NCBI GenBank assembly: GCA_017601265.1
Contig: JAFNJA010000005.1
Location: 1-33,013, forward strand
Direction: 5' to 3'
Length of the DNA: 33,013 nucleotides
Origin: Candidatus Brockarchaeota archaeon
GTDB taxonomy: Archaea; Thermoproteota; EX4484-205; DTQO01
Part shown: positions 8,692 through 17,728 of the stretch, piece by piece
How positions within the stretch are numbered: the first letter of the stretch is position 1
How the letters are laid out: each line of letters begins with the position of its first letter
Notes under the pieces: model-generated
Told to the model about the DNA's origin: nothing
Database searches by the model: none
Seen by the model: the letters and a program-made list of their open reading frames with translations, nothing else
Made by a program: the position numbers and the translations under genes

Positions 8692-9987
8692 CTACCGCGT
8701 TTTCACGGTCTCGGCGAAAAGCCGCGTCACCTCTATCAGCTTCGTGATGTCTTCCTGGGTGTGCACGTACGATATGTTGTTGAAGTGCGTCGGGAGGCCG
8801 AAGATCCCGCGGTTGATCAGGAAAAGCCCGTATCGCCAGAGAGCGTCCATGTCGCCCTTGAACACGTCCTTGGCGTTCCTTACCTCCCCGGCCTTGAAGT
8901 GCACGTAGAAGGTGGACCCGAGGCCCGTAACCGTGACGCCCTTCCCTTCGAAAGCTTCCGAGATGCCCCTCCTCGCCCTCGCTCCCAAGCCGTTGATGTG
9001 GTCGTAGACCGCCTTGTCCTCCAGAACCTTGAGCGTTTCCAACCCCGCCCTCATCGTGACGGGGTTGCCGCAGAACGTGCCGCCCTGGTAAGCGAGCTGG
9101 TGCGGCTGGTACTTCCACGGGTCCATCCTCTGCATCACCTCCCTCGGCCCCGCGATGGCCCCGATCGGGTGCCCTCCGCCGATTATCTTCCCAAGCACCG
9201 TGAGGTCAGGCTTTACCTTGAGGTACTCCTGGGCCCCTCCCTTCGAGAGCCTGAATCCCGTTATGACCTCGTCGAAGATCAAGAGCGAACCCGACCTTTC
9301 GCAAAGCTCCTTCAAGCCTTCCAGGAACCCCCTCTCGGCCGGGACGCAACCTTGCCCGAGCATCGGCTCGACGAGGATGCACGCGAGCCTTTCGCCCCTT
9401 ACCCTCCTCTTGACCCCGTTCAGGTCGTTGTAAGGGAGCAGGACCGTGTTCCTCAGCTCCGACTTCGGCAAACCCGCCGAAGGGAGCCTTTCGAATGGAG
9501 GCTTGGTTCCGACGTGGACGTCATTGAAACCTCCGTGCCAGCCGCCTTCGAATTTCCCCACCTTCGCCCTGCCCGTGTAAGCCCTGGCGAGCCGCAGGGC
9601 GTACATCGCCGCCTCGGTCCCGCTGTTCGTGAACCTAACCATCTCCGCGGACGGGAGCATCCTCCCGATCTGCTCCGCCAGAAGGATCTCGCACTCGTTG
9701 AACGTCCCGTAATGGGAGGATCTCTCGACCTGCTCCTTAACGGCCTTCACGACCGGGGGGTAGTTGTGCCCCAGGATCAGCGCGCCGTGGCCGTTCCAAT
9801 AGTCAACGTACCTGTTCCCATCCGCGTCGATGAGCACGTTTCCGTCCGCCGACACAACGCAGAAAGGGTACGGCTTGAACGCCCTTATGTTGTGGTTCAC
9901 GCCCCCGGGCATGGCGTTCCTCGCCCTTTCAAAGAGCTCCGCGGATCTCTTCGTCCTAGACTTGTATTCCTCTTCTACGGACGACAC
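8692..9987 (-). CDS. Class III (GSA-aminomutase/HemL-like) PLP-dependent aminotransferase. The maximal ORF extends to TTG 10098. GTG 9987 or 9999 fits the family N-terminus better.
   Basis: Motifs present: LFERARNAMPGGVNHNIRAF, DYWNGHGALILGH, FTNSGTEAAMYALRLARAYTGR, FDEVITGFR. Confidence 0.85.
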   Translation of the reverse strand: MSSVEEEYKSRTKRSAELFERARNAMPGGVNHNIRAFKPYPFCVVSADGNVLIDADGNRYVDYWNGHGALILGHNYPPVVKAVKEQVERSSHYGTFNECEILLAEQIGRMLPSAEMVRFTNSGTEAAMYALRLARAYTGRAKVGKFEGGWHGGFNDVHVGTKPPFERLPSAGLPKSELRNTVLLPYNDLNGVKRRVRGERLACILVEPMLGQGCVPAERGFLEGLKELCERSGSLLIFDEVITGFRLSKGGAQEYLKVKPDLTVLGKIIGGGHPIGAIAGPREVMQRMDPWKYQPHQLAYQGGTFCGNPVTMRAGLETLKVLEDKAVYDHINGLGARARRGISEAFEGKGVTVTGLGSTFYVHFKAGEVRNAKDVFKGDMDALWRYGLFLINRGIFGLPTHFNNISYVHTQEDITKLIEVTRLFAETVKTR

Positions 9988-10176
9988 TTTTCCTCGCACC
10001 GGCTCCGGAGCTGGCGATTTAGTTCTTTTGATGCCGAAAGCGTCGCGCGCGCGTTGCTTGGAAGAAAGGTTAATAGTCTTCGCAGGGCGCCTCGGCAAGG
10101 CATTACAGCCGATTCCAAGTAACGCGGGGGAAAAATAATATCAGAACCAAAGCGGAGCCGGCGGCGGAGGATAAGC

Positions 10177-10404
10177 ATGCCTGAAGACGTCCTGGACAGG
10201 ATCCAGAAAGCGATCGACAACTACGTCCGCTTGCAGGGAAAGGATTGGGTCTTGTCGAAAAACAACGTCAACCTGGACGTAAATTCTGCCGCCTTCAGCG
10301 AGGGGGACATAACCTACCTGATCAGCGTGAGCAGGGGGTACGGGATAAGCAGCAACGTGTTGGCGGACAAGAACAAAGCCGTTTGGCGATTCTTGGCCAA
10401 GTAG
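10177..10404 (+). CDS. Small hypothetical protein (75 aa).
   Basis: ATG is preceded by GGAGG at -8. Composition is protein-like (MPEDVLDRIQKAIDNYVRLQGKDWVL...). GC is lower than in the flanks, and a T8 run follows 24 nt after the stop. Confidence 0.55.
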   Translation: MPEDVLDRIQKAIDNYVRLQGKDWVLSKNNVNLDVNSAAFSEGDITYLISVSRGYGISSNVLADKNKAVWRFLAK

Positions 10405-10427
10405 CACCAAAGCTTCTCCCCAGAGCC

Positions 10428-10435
10428 TTTTTTTT
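10428..10435 (+). terminator. Oligo-T (T8) tract, a candidate archaeal intrinsic terminator after the 75-aa ORF.
   Basis: TTTTTTTT lies 24 nt downstream of the TAG at 10402-10404. Confidence 0.45.
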
Positions 10436-10560
10436 CCCACGTTTCGCCCTTCCATTCCATCCAGACCTCCGTCCGAGCTTTCGCCGCCGCGCATTCCGCC
10501 TTCCCGGAGCTGCCGCCGGCAAGGCCGGTACCAAGCCTTTAATTCCCTTCAGATCTTTCG

Positions 10561-11430
10561 GTGCCCGTGCGCGCGGACGTTTCCTCGGTGTGGGAAGACC
10601 CGGACAAGGTGAGGGAATTCGGCGAGGAAGAGGTGACGAACCTCCTGCAAGAATCCCTGGAGGCTTTCCGCGATGAACGCAACCTGCTTCGCATAGGCCG
10701 GGGAAAAACCCTGTTCGTGGGAGACACGCACGGCAACTTCTCGGCCACGAAGGAAGCTTTCCGCGCCTTCTCGAGCGGAGGCTTCGACAGGATCGTGTTC
10801 TTGGGAGACTACGTGGACCGCGGGGAGGAGCAGCTCGAAAACGCAAACTTCGTCCTAAGCCTCAGGCTCGCCAAGCCCGAACGGGTTTTACTCTTGCGGG
10901 GAAACCACGAGACCTTCTCCACGAACTCCAGGTACGGGTTCCGGCAGGCGGTGGCCGAAAAGCTTCCGGAAGGTTTCTTCGTGCTTTACAACCGCGCTTT
11001 CTCTTACCTGCCCCTCGCCGCCGTGACTTGGGACGGCATCTTCGCGGTGCACGGGGGGATAGCGGAGGGCCTCGATAGTATCGGTCAGATAGACGGCCTT
11101 CCAAGGGGGGAGCTGGAGCCGACCAGCGACCTGGTCCTGCAGCTCCTGTGGAACGATCCTTCCGAGGAGGTGGACGGCTTCGCGTTCAACGACCAAAGGG
11201 GTGGCTTTTGCTACTACGGACAAGGCGCCCTGGCCAAGTTCATGGACGCGAACGGGTTGAGGATGCTCCTCCGTTCTCACGAGGTTTTCCTCGAGGGATT
11301 CAAGCGTTTCTTCGGCGGAAAGCTCCTCAGCATCTTCTCCTCGACGGGGTATTGCGGCCTTCCGATCAAGGGGAAGGTCGCCTGCCTGTCGAGCGACGGA
11401 GAGGTGAGCCTGATGGGCATCGAGGGCTAA
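10561..11430 (+). CDS. PPP-family serine/threonine protein phosphatase (metallophosphoesterase).
   Basis: 289 aa with the three PPP signature motifs: GDTHGN, GDYVDRG, RGNHE. Confidence 0.88.
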   Translation: MPVRADVSSVWEDPDKVREFGEEEVTNLLQESLEAFRDERNLLRIGRGKTLFVGDTHGNFSATKEAFRAFSSGGFDRIVFLGDYVDRGEEQLENANFVLSLRLAKPERVLLLRGNHETFSTNSRYGFRQAVAEKLPEGFFVLYNRAFSYLPLAAVTWDGIFAVHGGIAEGLDSIGQIDGLPRGELEPTSDLVLQLLWNDPSEEVDGFAFNDQRGGFCYYGQGALAKFMDANGLRMLLRSHEVFLEGFKRFFGGKLLSIFSSTGYCGLPIKGKVACLSSDGEVSLMGIEG

Positions 11431-11506
11431 AGGCTTCGGCGGAGGCTAACCGATCTCCGGAACCTTCGTGCTTGGGCGTGCGCCAAGCTTATGGATTGGG
11501 CGCAGC

Positions 11507-11986
11507 TCACCGCCCAAGCAGCCTGCAAGCGAGTTTGGCAGTCCTTTCGCCGAGTTCCTCGCACAGCTTCTTCGTCTTCTCGTCCGGCTTGCCGACGCTT
11601 GCAACCCCGTAGTGCTTGTCCGAGCTGTTCCCCTGCACAACCATGCCGTGCACGAGCATGGCTTGCAAGATGGAAAGTATGGCCGTCTCGGCGCCGGTAG
11701 CGGTGCCTCCGGCTGACGTGAACGCGGCGCCGACCTTTCCTTCCAACCGCCCGTGTATCTCGACCGAATCGTCAAAGACGGCCTTCAGCTTTCCCGACAT
11801 CTCCCCGTAGTACGTGGGCGACCCCGCTATTATCGCGTCGTAACCCTCCAGGCTCTTGGCGTCGAAGCCGTCGACCTTCTTAACTTCTACCTCGCTCCCT
11901 TCCACCTTTTTCGCTCCGCGGGCCACGGCCTTGGCCATCTCCTCGGTGTTCCCGGACCTCGAGTCGTACAGGACCAGCAGCTTCAT
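11507..11986 (-). CDS. Flavodoxin-like fold protein (WrbA / NAD(P)H:quinone oxidoreductase-like).
   Basis: Internal ATG at 11986 is preceded by GGAGG. The product begins MKLLVLYDSRSGNTEEMA and contains IIAGSPTYYGEMS and AAFTSAGG. The 60-codon N-terminal extension of listed ORF 11507..12166 overlaps gatC and looks non-coding. Confidence 0.8.
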   Translation of the reverse strand: MKLLVLYDSRSGNTEEMAKAVARGAKKVEGSEVEVKKVDGFDAKSLEGYDAIIAGSPTYYGEMSGKLKAVFDDSVEIHGRLEGKVGAAFTSAGGTATGAETAILSILQAMLVHGMVVQGNSSDKHYGVASVGKPDEKTKKLCEELGERTAKLACRLLGR

Positions 11987-12005
11987 GCCTCCCACCGCCG
12001 TCAGA

Positions 12006-12024
12006 CTTAAAGATAAAAATATCC
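12006..12024. promoter_or_regulatory. Shared A/T box (CTTAAAGATAAAAATATCC) in the 58-nt divergent spacer between the flavodoxin gene and gatC.
   Basis: About 25-35 nt from both start codons (11986 and 12045). This is consistent with TATA boxes driving short-leader or leaderless transcripts. Confidence 0.45.
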
Positions 12025-12044
12025 TCGGCGGCGGGGCTTCAAAC

Positions 12045-12350
12045 ATGGCGGAAGGTTCGGCAGGCAAGAGGTTCACGGTCAGCGAGCTCAGGAAATACGC
12101 GTCCCTCGCGAAGATCAAGCTGCAAAGCAGCGAGGAGGTTCGGCTCGCTTCGGAGCTGGGCCGCATATTGAGCTACTTCGAGCAGATCAAGGAGGTCGAT
12201 ACCGAGGGCGTCGAGCCGACTTACAGCGTGACGGGCGCCGTGAACAGGTTGAGGGAAGACCGGCCAGGGCCATGCCTGAGCCAGGATGAGGCCACGGCGA
12301 ACGCGGCGGAGAAGGAGAGGGGTTACGTCAAGTCTCCAAAAGCCTTCTAG
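12045..12350 (+). CDS. gatC: Asp/Glu-tRNA(Asn/Gln) amidotransferase subunit C.
   Basis: 101 aa from the internal ATG at 12045. VSELRKYASLAKIKL...ELGRILSYFEQIKEVDTEGVEPT is the typical GatC pattern, and the gene lies immediately upstream of gatA. Confidence 0.85.
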   Translation: MAEGSAGKRFTVSELRKYASLAKIKLQSSEEVRLASELGRILSYFEQIKEVDTEGVEPTYSVTGAVNRLREDRPGPCLSQDEATANAAEKERGYVKSPKAF

Positions 12351-12366
12351 TGAACAGTGAAACCGC

Positions 12367-13809
12367 TTGAGGACACTAAGCGCCGTCATGGACGTAAAGA
12401 ACGGGAATGCGACGGCCGCCGAACTGGCAGCCAGGGCGATGGAAACCATCGAGAGGAAGGAACCCCTCATACGCGCCTTCATAACGGTCGCCGAGCGCGC
12501 GGTGGAGGCGGCGGAGGAGGTGGACAGAAAGATCGCCAGGGGGGAAGACGCGGGATCGCTCGCTGGCCTGCCCATAGCCATCAAGGACAACATCAGCGTG
12601 AAGGGGATGCGCAACACGTGCGGGTCGAGGATGTTGGCAAACTACGTCCCTCCGTACAACGCGACCGTCGTCGACAAGCTCTTGGCCCAGGGCGCGGTCA
12701 TATGCGGCAAGACCACGATGGACGAGTTCGCGATGGGCTCGTCGACCGAGACATGCTTCTTCGGTCCGGCGCGCAACCCGTGGGACGTTTCGAGGGTTCC
12801 AGGAGGGAGCAGCGGGGGAAGCGCCGCCGCCGTCGCATCGGGCGAGGTTCCCGCTGCCTTGGGCAGCGACACGGGCGGGAGCGCGAGGTGCCCCGCGGCC
12901 TTCACCGGAACAGTCGGTTTGAAACCGACGTACGGGAGGGTGTCGAGGTGGGGGCTCGTTTCGTATTCCCACTCCCTGGAGCAAATCTCCCCGATCGCGC
13001 CGGACGTCCTCGGGGTTGCCGCCCTTTTGGGCGCCATCGCAGGATCCGATGGAAGGGACGCGACAAGCGCCGAGGTGGAGGTCCCGTCCTACGTCGACGA
13101 GGCTACAGCTGAACCCGGGAGGTTCAGGGTGGGCGTCGTCAAGGAGTTCTTCGGCGAGGGGACGGACGAAAGGGTGGCTAACCTCGTCTACGGCGCCTTG
13201 GAGAAGGTCAAGGAGGCCGGAGGAAGCTTGGAGCAGGTCTCAATCCCGTGCCTGAGGTACGCCTTGCCCACCTACTACTTGATCGCCATGAGCGAGTGCT
13301 CGAGCAACCTTTCAAGGTTCGACGGCTTGAGGTACGGCTTCCACCTCGACGCGAAGCCAAACGAAGGTTGGGACGAACTCTTCTCCAGGACCAGGGCTGC
13401 AGGGTTCGGGGACGAGGTGAAGAGGAGGATAATACTCGGGACGTTCGCCCTGTCAGCCGGATACTACGACGAGTGGTTCGTGAAAGCCGCCAAAGTCAGG
13501 ACCCTCGTAATCAGGGACTTCCTGAGGGCGTTCAAGTCGTTCGACATCCTCGCGGGGCCCACGATGCCCTGCCTGCCTTGGAAGGTGGGGGAGCTTGCGG
13601 ACCCCTTGAGCGTGTACAGGATGGACGTGGACACGGTCGCCGTAAACCTGGCCGGGCTCCCCGCGATCAGCCTTCCCGCCGGCCTCGCGGGCGGGCTGCC
13701 CGCCGGCCTCCAGCTCATAGGCAGGCACTTCGAGGAGCCTTTCCTGCTGAGGGTTTCTTACGCTTACGAGCAAATCACGGGGTTTCCGAAGAACGTCCCG
13801 GTAAGCTAG
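12367..13809 (+). CDS. gatA: Glutamyl-tRNA(Gln) amidotransferase subunit A (amidase signature family). The start is TTG 12367 or ATG 12388.
   Basis: Amidase signature GGSSGGSAAAVASG. Also LAGLPIAIKDNI and TTMDEFAMGSSTE. About 475 aa. Confidence 0.92.
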   Translation: MRTLSAVMDVKNGNATAAELAARAMETIERKEPLIRAFITVAERAVEAAEEVDRKIARGEDAGSLAGLPIAIKDNISVKGMRNTCGSRMLANYVPPYNATVVDKLLAQGAVICGKTTMDEFAMGSSTETCFFGPARNPWDVSRVPGGSSGGSAAAVASGEVPAALGSDTGGSARCPAAFTGTVGLKPTYGRVSRWGLVSYSHSLEQISPIAPDVLGVAALLGAIAGSDGRDATSAEVEVPSYVDEATAEPGRFRVGVVKEFFGEGTDERVANLVYGALEKVKEAGGSLEQVSIPCLRYALPTYYLIAMSECSSNLSRFDGLRYGFHLDAKPNEGWDELFSRTRAAGFGDEVKRRIILGTFALSAGYYDEWFVKAAKVRTLVIRDFLRAFKSFDILAGPTMPCLPWKVGELADPLSVYRMDVDTVAVNLAGLPAISLPAGLAGGLPAGLQLIGRHFEEPFLLRVSYAYEQITGFPKNVPVS

Positions 13810-13925
13810 CCCGCCGGCCTTGGCGTGCGCTACCCTCGCGGAAGAACCTCAAAATCCGGGCCGGCCCGCAGCGCTTTCGGGGGAACATTTAAGCGCCGTA
13901 AACGGCCGCGAAAAGTCTCAGAGGT

Positions 13926-15374
13926 TTGAGGGCCCTCGGAATCGACGTCGGGACCACGAGCGTGAAAACCGCTATCTTCGACACCGAACGAGGGCTCGTC
14001 GACCATTCGGCGGTAGACATCTCGAGCCTGACGAGGCGCCCCGGGCCGAACTTCGCGGAGAGGAGCGCGGACGAGGTGTGGAGGAACGTCGCGAATGCTT
14101 TGCGCTCGATGGAGCACGCGCGGAGCGTTGAGGCGCTTTCGGTCGACGCGACAAGCGGGACTATAATAGCGGTCGACTCCAAAGGCTCCCCCATCTGCCC
14201 CGCCATCTTGTACGCCGACAAGAGGTCCCATAAAGAGGCAGAGGAGGTCTTGGAGGCGAGCGAGAGCGCAAGGGAGTACCAAACCTTCCTCCCGGTCGAC
14301 GCAAGCCTCGTACTTCCCAAGGTTCTGTGGCTGAGGAGAAACCTGCGGGACTTCGGGAAGGTTTCAGGCATACTCCACGAAAGCGACTTCGTCGCCATGA
14401 AGCTCTGCGGGGTCGTAAGGACGAGCCCGAACGTCGCGGGGAAGTCGCACGTGGACGTCAGGTCAGGGAAATACCTCAAAAGCGTCTACGAGGACCTGAA
14501 AGTTCCTTTGTCCCTCATGCCTCCCATAGCGGAAGTCGGGGACGTCGTGGGCTTCGTCACCGAATGCGCCTCGGCCGAGACCGGGTTGCCCGAGGGCATT
14601 CCGGTGGTCAACGGGGTCACGGACGCGACCGCGGGGGACGTCGCCACCGGGACCCTCGAAAAAGGCCAGCTCAACGCCACGATCGGCACGACCCTCGTCG
14701 CGCACGCGGTCGTGGACGAGCCGGTGCCGGACTCGAAGAAACGCATCTACTACAAGACCTTCCTCGGCCCGACTTACCTGGCCGGGGGCGCGACGGACGC
14801 GGGCACGCTCCCGCTCGACGCCGTCTGCGCCGCTTTCCGCCTCAGCTTGGGCGACCTCGACCTGGCCGCGTCGAAAGTTCCAGCCGGCTGCGACGGGCTC
14901 TTGGCGCAACCCCAGTGGACCGGGACGAGGGTTCCGGACCACAACCCGGACGTGCGCGGGTTCTTCATCGGCTTGACGGCCAAGAACTGCACCCCAGGCC
15001 ACATCTTCAGAAGCCTTCTCGAAGGGAACGCGGCCGTACTTTCCGAAGTCATCGGGATAATCGAAAGCGTCACGAGAGTCGGCATAAAGGAGGTGAGGGT
15101 TTGCGGAGGGGGTTCGAGGAGCGACGTCCAGAACCAGATCGTGGCCGACATGACGGGCCTCGAGGTTTTGGCGCTGGAGAACGTGGAGGCCGCGGCCGGG
15201 TCCGCCTTGATCGCGGCTTGGGGGGCTGGAGGAAAAAGGGACATCGGCAAGCTAGCGGCCAAGGCAGTGAAGCCGAGGAGGAAGTACTTTCCGCGGGAGA
15301 ATCTAGCAGAAATTTACCGAAGCCAAAGGGACCTCCTCCGCGACCTTACGGCCAGGATATACGGCAAACGCTGA
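13926..15374 (+). CDS. FGGY-family carbohydrate kinase (xylulokinase/ribulokinase-like).
   Basis: 482 aa. TTG start is preceded by GAGG. The N-terminal motif is LGIDVGTTSVKTAIFD. C-terminal motifs are VCGGGSRSDVQNQIVADMTG and AAGSALIAAWG. Confidence 0.85.
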   Translation: MRALGIDVGTTSVKTAIFDTERGLVDHSAVDISSLTRRPGPNFAERSADEVWRNVANALRSMEHARSVEALSVDATSGTIIAVDSKGSPICPAILYADKRSHKEAEEVLEASESAREYQTFLPVDASLVLPKVLWLRRNLRDFGKVSGILHESDFVAMKLCGVVRTSPNVAGKSHVDVRSGKYLKSVYEDLKVPLSLMPPIAEVGDVVGFVTECASAETGLPEGIPVVNGVTDATAGDVATGTLEKGQLNATIGTTLVAHAVVDEPVPDSKKRIYYKTFLGPTYLAGGATDAGTLPLDAVCAAFRLSLGDLDLAASKVPAGCDGLLAQPQWTGTRVPDHNPDVRGFFIGLTAKNCTPGHIFRSLLEGNAAVLSEVIGIIESVTRVGIKEVRVCGGGSRSDVQNQIVADMTGLEVLALENVEAAAGSALIAAWGAGGKRDIGKLAAKAVKPRRKYFPRENLAEIYRSQRDLLRDLTARIYGKR

Positions 15375-15437
15375 GCTAGTCGGAGCGAAACCCCTCGGGT
15401 AGTTGCGAAAAATCGCCTCTTTCTCCCAACCATTTTT

Positions 15438-16553
15438 ATGCCCTGTCCGCTTTCCCCCGGGGGGAAGTTGGGGCCGGGCGCGGAAAAGCGGGAGCGCTTC
15501 AGGCAAGTCGCTAGGGAAATCGCGGCCAAAATTTCCGCGAAGAAGGAAATAGTGGGCGTTTTCCTCTTCGGCTCCGCCGTAAGCGGAGGGTCGGACGAGG
15601 AGAGCGACGTGGACGTCGGTTTGGTTTACGGCGGCTCAAGAATCCGGGAAGGAAGGGAAGAAAGGCGCATCGAGGGAATCCGCGTGGACGTCTGCCACTA
15701 CCCCGCTTCCAGGTTCTCCGGCGTCTTCGAATCCGAAAGCATGCGCGGAAAGCGGGACACCTGGTTCAACGCGAGCTTATGGCTGGGTCTGATGAGGGGG
15801 TGCGAGATAATAGAAGACCCCCTCGGCCTCTTGAGGAGGTGGAAGGAGGCGGCCCTGAGCTGGAAGTGGAGGGAAGGCGAGATCGAGCACCTCGAACTGG
15901 CCTACCTCAAGAACCTGTCCGCTGCCAACCTGTTCATCGAAGAAAAGAGGGTCCTCGAAACGCTGGTCTTCCTGAGGGAAGCCCTTGGTGCTGCCGTTTG
16001 CGCCCGCCTGATGAGGAGCAACCTCGTCCCTTACTGGGATCCCAGGTTCCTCTACCGCAGCATCGTCTCGTCCTGCGAATTGGCGGGATTGCGCGGATTT
16101 TACGAGCGCTTGAACGACCTTGACGCGGTCGATGCCAGTCTCCTGAGGTCTCTCCTGAAAAAGTTGAGGTTCTACGTCGAAAGGGAGGGGGAAAAAAGCT
16201 CGGGAGTTGCGACGCACTTCCACAACGCCCTGGACGGTTACTGGAGGCGCCAATACGCTTCGGCCCTGCTCTCGGCCCGGCTTTCGGCGTTCCTTCTCGC
16301 GCCAAGGGTAGTTTACGGTCCCTCCGCGAGCCTTCCGCCCCTGGCGGACAGGATCTTGGACGGCGGGCAGCACGTCGAAATGATAAAGAAGCTCGAAGGA
16401 TCCGATAAAGGCTTCCACGGATTTTACCTCAACCTGCTCTTCGTCGAAAGGTGGAAACTGGAGGCGCTTCGAGGCGCTTTAGATGCCCTCTGCGCAATAA
16501 GCAATGGCAAGAAGGGAGGCCTGAAGACGCCGTCCCGTCAGGAGGAAACTTAA
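15438..16553 (+). CDS. Pol-beta-superfamily nucleotidyltransferase domain protein with a helical C-terminal region of about 270 aa.
   Basis: Minimal NTase motif GVFLFGSAVSGGSDEESDVDVGLVY (GS...D.D). The rest is predicted helical, with no motif I can name apart from an R-x5-H (REGEIEH). Confidence 0.7.
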   Translation: MPCPLSPGGKLGPGAEKRERFRQVAREIAAKISAKKEIVGVFLFGSAVSGGSDEESDVDVGLVYGGSRIREGREERRIEGIRVDVCHYPASRFSGVFESESMRGKRDTWFNASLWLGLMRGCEIIEDPLGLLRRWKEAALSWKWREGEIEHLELAYLKNLSAANLFIEEKRVLETLVFLREALGAAVCARLMRSNLVPYWDPRFLYRSIVSSCELAGLRGFYERLNDLDAVDASLLRSLLKKLRFYVEREGEKSSGVATHFHNALDGYWRRQYASALLSARLSAFLLAPRVVYGPSASLPPLADRILDGGQHVEMIKKLEGSDKGFHGFYLNLLFVERWKLEALRGALDALCAISNGKKGGLKTPSRQEET

Positions 16554-16620
16554 CTGAATTCGCTTTCGAAGCTCCAAGCAAGTTTTTCGCGCAGCGTCCA
16601 GTTTAACCTGAGCTCGCGTT

Positions 16621-17595
16621 TCACAAAGGCAGCCTCGTCCCGATTCCTTTCGAAACCGCCTTGCGGTACAGCCTGATCGCTGTTGCCACGTCCTCTATCG
16701 CCAAGCCCAGGTTGGCGCACACTATCCTTTGCGCCTCGTCCTCCCTTCCGGCGACCCTCCCAGCCAGAAGATCCCCGAGGTCGCCGATCGGTTCGGGAAC
16801 ATTCTTGAAGTAGCCGGAATTCCTGTAGTACCTGAACTGCTCGAGGTCGTCGGTGAAGAACTTGTCCGCCGCCCTGAAAGCTCCCGGGGTGACGTAAGAA
16901 TCGAAATCAAGCGTGCAGACGAAGCTGCCGGGCGACAGCCACCCTTCCTCTATCGTGGGCTTCGGCTCCTTAAGTATCGGCCCAGCCGTAACGACGATGT
17001 CCGCTCCCTCGACCGCGTCCCTCGGGTTGGAAACCGCCTTCACGGAAACGCCTATCGGGGCCATCTCCCTCGCGTACTTCTCGGCCTTCTCCGGCAGGAT
17101 GTCGTAAGCCCTCACTTCCACCATCGCTGGGAAGAACGCCTTCAGGGCCGCGAGGTTGCTCCTTCCCTGGACGCCGCAACCGAGGACTCCTAGTGTCTTG
17201 GAATCGGCCTTGGCCAGGTGCTTGGCCGCAACCGACGTGGCCGCGCCCGTCCTTACCGCCGTTATCCACGTGCAGTCCATCACGGCGATCGGGACGCCGG
17301 TCTCAACGTCGTTGAGCACGAGCAGTCCCGTGACGTAAGGCAACCCCTTCCTGTAGTTCTCCGGATACCCCCCAACCCACTTTATTCCCGCTGCCCCCAG
17401 CTCTGGTATGTATGCGGGCATGGCGTGTATGAAAGCGTCGGGCCGCGTGTGTATCCCGGGCTTCGGAGGCATCTCCACCCTTCCAAGCGCCTTCTGGAGT
17501 ATCGCTTCTTGGACGGCTTGCGCGACCTCTTCGATGCCCATTCCGACTTCCTCGATGTCCTTCCTAGAAAGGTAAAGGATCTCCCTGCCCTGCAT
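16621..17595 (-). CDS. Ornithine cyclodeaminase / mu-crystallin family NAD-dependent enzyme (archaeal alanine dehydrogenase-like).
   Basis: 324 aa. ITAVRTGAATSVAAKHLA and the Rossmann motif LGVLGCGVQGRSNL give the typical OCD/mu-crystallin layout. Confidence 0.82.
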   Translation of the reverse strand: MQGREILYLSRKDIEEVGMGIEEVAQAVQEAILQKALGRVEMPPKPGIHTRPDAFIHAMPAYIPELGAAGIKWVGGYPENYRKGLPYVTGLLVLNDVETGVPIAVMDCTWITAVRTGAATSVAAKHLAKADSKTLGVLGCGVQGRSNLAALKAFFPAMVEVRAYDILPEKAEKYAREMAPIGVSVKAVSNPRDAVEGADIVVTAGPILKEPKPTIEEGWLSPGSFVCTLDFDSYVTPGAFRAADKFFTDDLEQFRYYRNSGYFKNVPEPIGDLGDLLAGRVAGREDEAQRIVCANLGLAIEDVATAIRLYRKAVSKGIGTRLPL

Positions 17596-17728
17596 TCCCG
17601 AATACCTTGCGCACCACGTCCGGGGCCGAGTAGATGAATCTTGGCATCGCCCGCGCCTGGCGTGCCAGGCGGCTTATTTTGGTCGGCCGTCCTGCTTTTC
17701 GAGCCGGTCGCTGCAAAGTTCGCTTCGT

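Noticed and set aside
8692-8694. Stop-codon read-through or pyrrolysine-type recoding. The aminotransferase and MlrC frames are separated only by one in-frame TAG. Likewise 1883-1885 (TAA) lies between the remnant and the big membrane gene.
   Set aside because: TAG and TAA terminate many well-delimited genes in this window (for example 4430, 6042, 7128, 10404 and 28228). The two proteins are unrelated families. There is a one-in-three chance of sharing a frame. No pyl genes are seen.
8761-10122. 453-aa ORF on the plus strand, antisense to the class III aminotransferase.
   Set aside because: Same reasoning. It has an R/P/E-rich low-information translation opposite a gene with unambiguous PLP-aminotransferase motifs.
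11507-12350. The full-length listed ORFs 11507..12166 (-) and 11856..12350 (+), which overlap each other by about 300 nt.
   Set aside because: Both have internal ATGs (11986 and 12045) that give family-typical N-termini (MKLLVLYDSRSGNT and a GatC start). The extensions are low-complexity and would erase the shared promoter spacer.
12045-13809. gatC-gatA without an adjacent gatB, considered as an anomaly.
   Set aside because: gatB is frequently encoded elsewhere in archaeal and bacterial genomes, so this is not informative by itself.
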